A stretch of DNA of 64,000 nucleotides, from positions 43,276,001 to 43,340,000 of the forward strand of contig OX597834.1 of assembly GCA_951406725.2 (NCBI GenBank), written 5' to 3'. The stretch's first letter is position 1. Each line of letters begins with the position of its first letter. A program made the position numbers and the translations under genes. Source of the DNA: Octopus vulgaris (Eukaryota). The notes under the pieces were generated by a model. It saw only the letters and a list, made by a program, of their open reading frames with translations, did not search any database and was not told where the DNA came from. Shown here piece by piece: positions 57,785 through 64,000 of this stretch.

Positions 57785-57931
57785 TAATAGGCGATTGGCC
57801 CACGGTTCACTTTTTATATCTTAGTGAGCGGATTGAACCCGTCTTTCGTTCATTCACTTCGTGACAATAATGGAGATTCACTTGAAGAAGCATTTAGAAT
57901 ATTCCTTATTTATTTTTGTGCAATAGAAATA
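56133..57931. repeat. Inverted duplication (56133-~56490 vs ~57537-57931) built on two opposed SINE A copies
   Basis: The outer unique sequence is almost exactly reverse-complementary; the inner SINE portion is visibly more diverged. Confidence 0.9.
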
Positions 57932-58154
57932 AAATATATAAATAAATAAATGGAATTATGAAGTTTGAATCAGAAAATACGTATTTTTCAGTACAACATA
58001 ATACTCATGAATGTTTTTCTTCTTTTTTGTTTTTTCTTTTCAAATTAGAAAGTTAAGGAATAAATGAATGCACTCTCAAGTATTTCTCCCACGTTTTTAT
58101 TGGAATCAGACAAACGGACAAGCAGGAAAGGAGAGTATTAGATCGATAAACAGC

Positions 58155-58181
58155 CAGATAGATAGATGGATGGATGGATAA

Positions 58182-58238
<57 letters not shown>

Positions 58239-58327
58239 GAAAGAAAGACAAACAGACAGACTGATAGACAAAGAGATAGACAGCAGTCAGCAGACACAGA
58301 CAGGTAGGCAGATAGATTGATAGACAT

Positions 58328-58370
<43 letters not shown>

Positions 58371-58409
58371 TACAGATAGATAGATAGAGAGATAGAGAGA
58401 TAGATAGAC

Positions 58410-58499
<90 letters not shown>

Positions 58500-58500
58500 T
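58155..58500. repeat. (GATA)n/(GACA)n microsatellite
   Basis: Direct reading. Confidence 0.95.
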
Positions 58501-59123
58501 GAAAGAAAGAAAGAGAGACAGACAGAGACTGCTAGACAGAGAGACAGACAGTAGTCAGACAGAAATTAGTTTGGTATTTGAGCTCTGATTGGCTGTATGC
58601 AAATAAGTTTATAACTGGGGCCCGGAACTCTCGTGGGAAAAAAAATTCGCCTCCGGGCGAGCCCCACACCTATTTATACACAACGATACAAGTATACGCT
58701 TATACACAACGTTACAGTAAAAGAAAAGGGTGGGGCTCGCTAATTCTTTTACATCTCGCACACCTCCCACGCCTATTTCACCCACTTCAGGAAACCAATT
58801 CATGGGACATGTCTCCCTTGGATACAAGAGTGAATCTTGCTAAGTGTGTCATATGGCTGTATTCATTTATTCATGAATTTCATCCCCTTTTTTTTTTCAC
58901 TTTCAAAATTTCCGTGTCCCATAAAGTTCATGAGGCAGTTTTAATGTTCAAAGGAACAAAGGCATAAGGGTATGCTTTTCTATTTACCTATGTCTGATAT
59001 TTGTTAATTTTGAATTTCCCTATTTGGAATAGGTTAGGAGAAAATTTTAGGCTGGACAAGAGACGATTTAAGACTTATGAGTGGAGTGAGCAGACGAAGA
59101 CTAAAATAATCACGACAATGACA

Positions 59124-59198
<75 letters not shown>

Positions 59199-59237
59199 GT
59201 GCGTGAGTATGTGTGGGTGCATGTCTCTCTCTCTCTC

Positions 59238-59275
<38 letters not shown>

Positions 59276-59561
59276 ACTAAACATTTGATTGTCATTGAAC
59301 TAAATCAAGGCATACCTGGAACTGCAAAAAACAAGTAAAACCTCTCTAACGATTTTCCCAAGTCCTTATTTCCTAGATTTCGGTTGTGAGAAACATTACA
59401 AGCTCTGTTCAAACTTTAGACACATGGACTGGAAACTATATTATTTCTTTAAAACATTTAAATTAGAATTGTTAAGTGGTGCAGAATTAATATTTATTTC
59501 TTCAGTATAGACAAGCACACACACATACATACATATATATACATATATATATACATATATA

Positions 59562-59627
<66 letters not shown>

Positions 59628-59656
59628 CATATATGCATATATCCATATATACACAC

Positions 59657-59690
<34 letters not shown>

Positions 59691-60743
59691 CATATTCTTT
59701 CCACTTGTTGACTATTACACCTTATTTCATATTAGATATTATTTTTCTTCTAATCTTTATCCTTCCATTATCATTGCACTCCATTACTTTCAAGTATTTC
59801 ATTTATTATTATTTTTTAATATTATTATTACATCAATATATTTATTTATATGTTCATGTATTCATATTTGATTTATATTTTTCTTTATATTTCGAGTTTA
59901 TTTTCACTTAGATTTCATCACCAACCTCTAAAGAATTTTTTTTTTTAATGCTTTCAATTTAATCACAATCTACAAACGTTCCCAGTTTAGACTCTGTATA
60001 TCGATTTAGTGCACCGCCTGAGGGCTCCCATCCATATATTTCCCATACAGTATATGAACCAGTGTATGATTTTACTGATTGAATCGTAAATATTTTCTCT
60101 ATTCTCTTTGTTCTGTTCTATTTTGTTTTCAAATTTGTTCATATATTATCCAAAGCTGTTATATTATTTTCGTTCAGTTTCTTTTATATAATTTTTGGCA
60201 TTCTTCATATTATTCGCAGACAAAGTATACCTTTAACCTTTTATTTATTTAGATAATAACCTTCATATTAAACCTTGCCCTTCCATTCACACTGAACAAT
60301 TATTTGGCCAAAGGAGTTGTACATCATACGCAGATACAGACATACATACATACATGTACACACAAATGGGTCCATGCATGCATGCATGTATGCAAGCGTG
60401 CAAATATACAAATCTCTGCATATGTATGTATGTGCTAATATGCGAATATATATATATATATGCATATATGGATATATATATATATAAATATATATATATA
60501 TATGTATATATACATTTATATCTTTCTATCTCTCTCTATATATATGCATATATATATATATAATTATGGATTTAAATACATATAAAAGCATATTTGCACA
60601 TATATGTACATACATTGATATATGTGTGTATGTGTGTGTCGTGCGTGTGTGAGTTTATCCATGTGTGTATGTATATATATATATATATATACATATATAT
60701 ACATACATACATACATACAAACATATATATACATATATGTATA

Positions 60744-60803
<60 letters not shown>

Positions 60804-60917
60804 CGTACGTGTGTGTGTGTACATATACACGTATACGTTTTCTTCTGTTCAAAATTTAATTACAAGTTTGTTACATATTTTCAATAAGAGAATGCCGTTG
60901 TTATTGCAGCCACCTTT

Positions 60918-60964
<47 letters not shown>

Positions 60965-61581
60965 GTTGTTGCTTATCTTTGAATTTATTTATTTCTCTAT
61001 TTTTCTTTTTTTTTATTTGGTTTCAGTGGTTGTATTGCATTTTATTTTCAATATATTATTTATTTAAATCATATTTCATATTATTAACTTTCAATATTTC
61101 TACGTTGTTTTGTTTTATTTTATTATTTTACGTTCATATATTTTGTAGTTTTCGCTGCGATGTCTGTTTCCCTCTTTAATTTTTTTTTTAAATATTGTTT
61201 TGTAGGGATCAATTATATTTTAAATAGGTTTCAATGAGGTTTCTACAGATTTTGTTGTGCATCGCCTTTAGGGAACGATTAATAACTTCATTCCTATTTC
61301 TTTTAAATATACTACATGGACGAAGAATACACCACGAATTACTCAATGACTCGCAATAATAATAGCTGCTGCAGTCGCAGCAGTAGTGGCGGGAAAAAAT
61401 TCAGCTCTACATTAAATCTAAGAGCAATAATTATTGTTCCTTGCATGGCTATAAAGATTGAAATATTTAACGGAGGGCGATGCGATTTTTTTCTCCCTTA
61501 TTAAATATCATACACGATCAAAATGGAATATTTTGCATGTTTAGAAACACAGATGGAAACATACGTGGCCTATTAGACCCA

Positions 61582-61615
<34 letters not shown>

Positions 61616-61889
61616 TATGCGCGTGTACACATGCGGTGCGTGTGCATGTATGTAAATAAACGTTTACACGCACACTAATCGCATGGACGTATGGAGATCG
61701 TTCATATTTAATTACAGAGGAGGCGAAAAGTTGTCAATACACCATAAACCAACGGAAAATTTATTAATTTTCGTTCTTGTTATTGTGTTACTGTGGCTTA
61801 GCCTCAACACAACTCTCACCAAGAGGAGATCTCTGATCAAAGACATTCCAACCGTAACCATTTCATTCACATTGAGGTTGCATTACATG

Positions 61890-62030
61890 ATGTACCTGGC
61901 AGAGTCATTAGCAAGCTGGATGAAATGCTTAGCGGAATTCGCCCGTCACTACGCTCTGAGTTCAAATTCCGCCGAGGTCGATTTTGCCTTTCATCCGTTC
62001 GGGGTCGATAAATTAAGTACCCGTTGCATA
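61890..62030 (+). mobile_element. SINE family B
   Basis: ctggcagagtcattagc...ctgagttcaaattccgccgaggtcgattttgcctttcatccgttcggggtcgataaattaagtacc. Confidence 0.85.
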
Positions 62031-62404
62031 CTGTGAACGCGACGCTCTAACTACTGAGCCATGCGCCTTCATGTATCTCTATATTGGTTTCAAATGTCGG
62101 CACAGGACCAGCAGCTTGGGAAAAGATGTAAGTCGCTTATATCATCAGTGTATTGAGAAGTATATGCCTGGAATGATAGAAACTGAAGCATTTAACACTT
62201 CCCCTGTATTTACATTAAGGCAGGCTCTTAGACGTCTCTACCAGAAGTTCCTTTCTTTCTTATTGAGATTCTCCTTTATAGTATGCATATTATATTGATA
62301 TTATATTGATATCATATTGATATTATCGACAAAAGGAAAACACTAAAGACAGTCTAATTTCCCTCAAATAGTAACGACCCAACTTTTTGTAAAACCACGT
62401 AGTT

Positions 62405-62685
62405 ATTCTATCAAATTCTTTTGCCGAACGGGACGTAAACACAACAATACCAGGTATCAAGCAGTGCTGGGGGTAAACATAGATACGAAGACCCCCCCCC
62501 TCACAAACACCAACATATTTATATACGACGGGCTTCTTTTAGTTTCCTTTCCTCAAAACCACTCACAAGGCTTTGGTCGGCCCGAGGCTATAGCAGAAGA
62601 CACTTGCCCAAATTGCCACGCAATGGGACTGAATCCGGAAGCTTGTGATTGGGAAAGAAGCTTCTTATCACACAGTCGTCCCAGC
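62405..62685 (-). mobile_element. SINE family A
   Basis: acgacgggcttctttt...cactcacaaggctttggtcggcccgaggctatagcagaagacacttgccc. Confidence 0.85.
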
Positions 62686-63736
62686 GCCTGTTGAAAATGG
62701 ATGGGTGTGTGAGATAATGCTGTCCTATATGGACGGAATCTGAAGTGGCATCGATGGCGAAGACATGGTTGGAAACTTAATCGTCGCAAAACTGCCCGTT
62801 GAGGATGATTTCTTTCAATAAGGAAAAAAAGCTTCTCCTAAAGAACCTGTTTCTTCTTTAGGCCTCTCTGTCTTCTGCATGGAGTAAAGACTCTATTCTC
62901 CAAACTTAGAAAGCGGTGATGCTTTCGTTCAAGTTCATCCGTGAAATATGATTGTTTTCTTCAGGTTATCCCATATCTTCTAATAGTGACTCTGCCTCAA
63001 AACAGCATAGACTTCATAAAACAAAATCACCCTGGAAGTATCAACTTAGTTTTTCTTCTTTCTTGGATTAAGCAGAGGACGTTCATGTTTGAGGGTAATC
63101 AATTAAAATGATATCCAAAGTGCAAATAACTGCTCTAATATATAATTGAACAAAGAAGGGAATTCGCGTGGTTCATTAACCTGATAAAAGTAGCAGTGAA
63201 GACAATTCATCTTTATTCCTATACTCTCTCGTACCATTCGGTTGTCTTAAAAATATAATAAAACGAAAAAGTGGTTAATGAAATGATTGGTAGGAGTGGT
63301 TTTGAGCTACTCGATGGTGGTCGACCTGGGGCTTGAGTACAATAACAAGAAAACCAACATGTGTGTGTGTGTGTTTTCGTCTCTGTTAATGTGTTTGCGT
63401 ACGCATATACGTACATACATACACACATACACATATATATATATGTACATATATATATATGCACACATATATATATGTGTATATATATTTATATTATATT
63501 TCTATATATTTATATTTATTTATATATATACATATATATATATATGTATATATATATACATACATGCATATATACATATATATGCATATATATATATATG
63601 TATATGCATATCTATATATGTGTATATATATGAGTATATATACATGTAAATATATCCATATCTATCTATCTTCACGCACACACACACATATATACACACA
63701 CACACACACATAAACACACACACACACGCACACACG

Positions 63737-63795
<59 letters not shown>

Positions 63796-64000
63796 GTTAG
63801 CTAATACGACTACTGCCAGAATTCTCATTACTCCAGGAGTACGACTTTCTCCCTTCTTCATTTTGTTTCTTTTCTTTCCATTCATTTTTTTCCCTCTGTT
63901 CCACTTTGACTTACATTTCCTATGTTTTTACTCCAAATTTCTCTGCTAACATCTGGTCACTTTTATAGAAGCTTCTCGTTCAACCTATTAAAAGAATAAA

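Overview
AT-rich, repeat-dominated eukaryotic DNA with no intact protein-coding gene that I can support. Almost all supplied ORFs are translations of (TA)n, (GATA)n, (CA)n or (AAT)n microsatellites. The microsatellite load and the tRNA-derived SINE families suggest a coleoid cephalopod such as Octopus, intergenic or intronic (inference). Recognisable content: several SINE families (some with target-site duplications, TSDs), a decayed mariner transposase, two mariner MITEs, a hAT MITE, an RTE LINE 3' fragment and Penelope-type minimal hammerhead ribozyme (HHR) motifs. The most unusual object is a ~600-bp element at 14087-14688 inserted in a (TA)n tract. It forms a 221-bp, indel-free, 83%-identical fold-back whose mismatches are strongly biased to A:A/T:T/C:C/G:G. 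It carries HHR cores in both polarities, and its loop is complementary to its own 3' end, so it is a candidate rod-like, viroid/retrozyme-like element. All alignments and counts were done by hand; many repeat boundaries are approximate.
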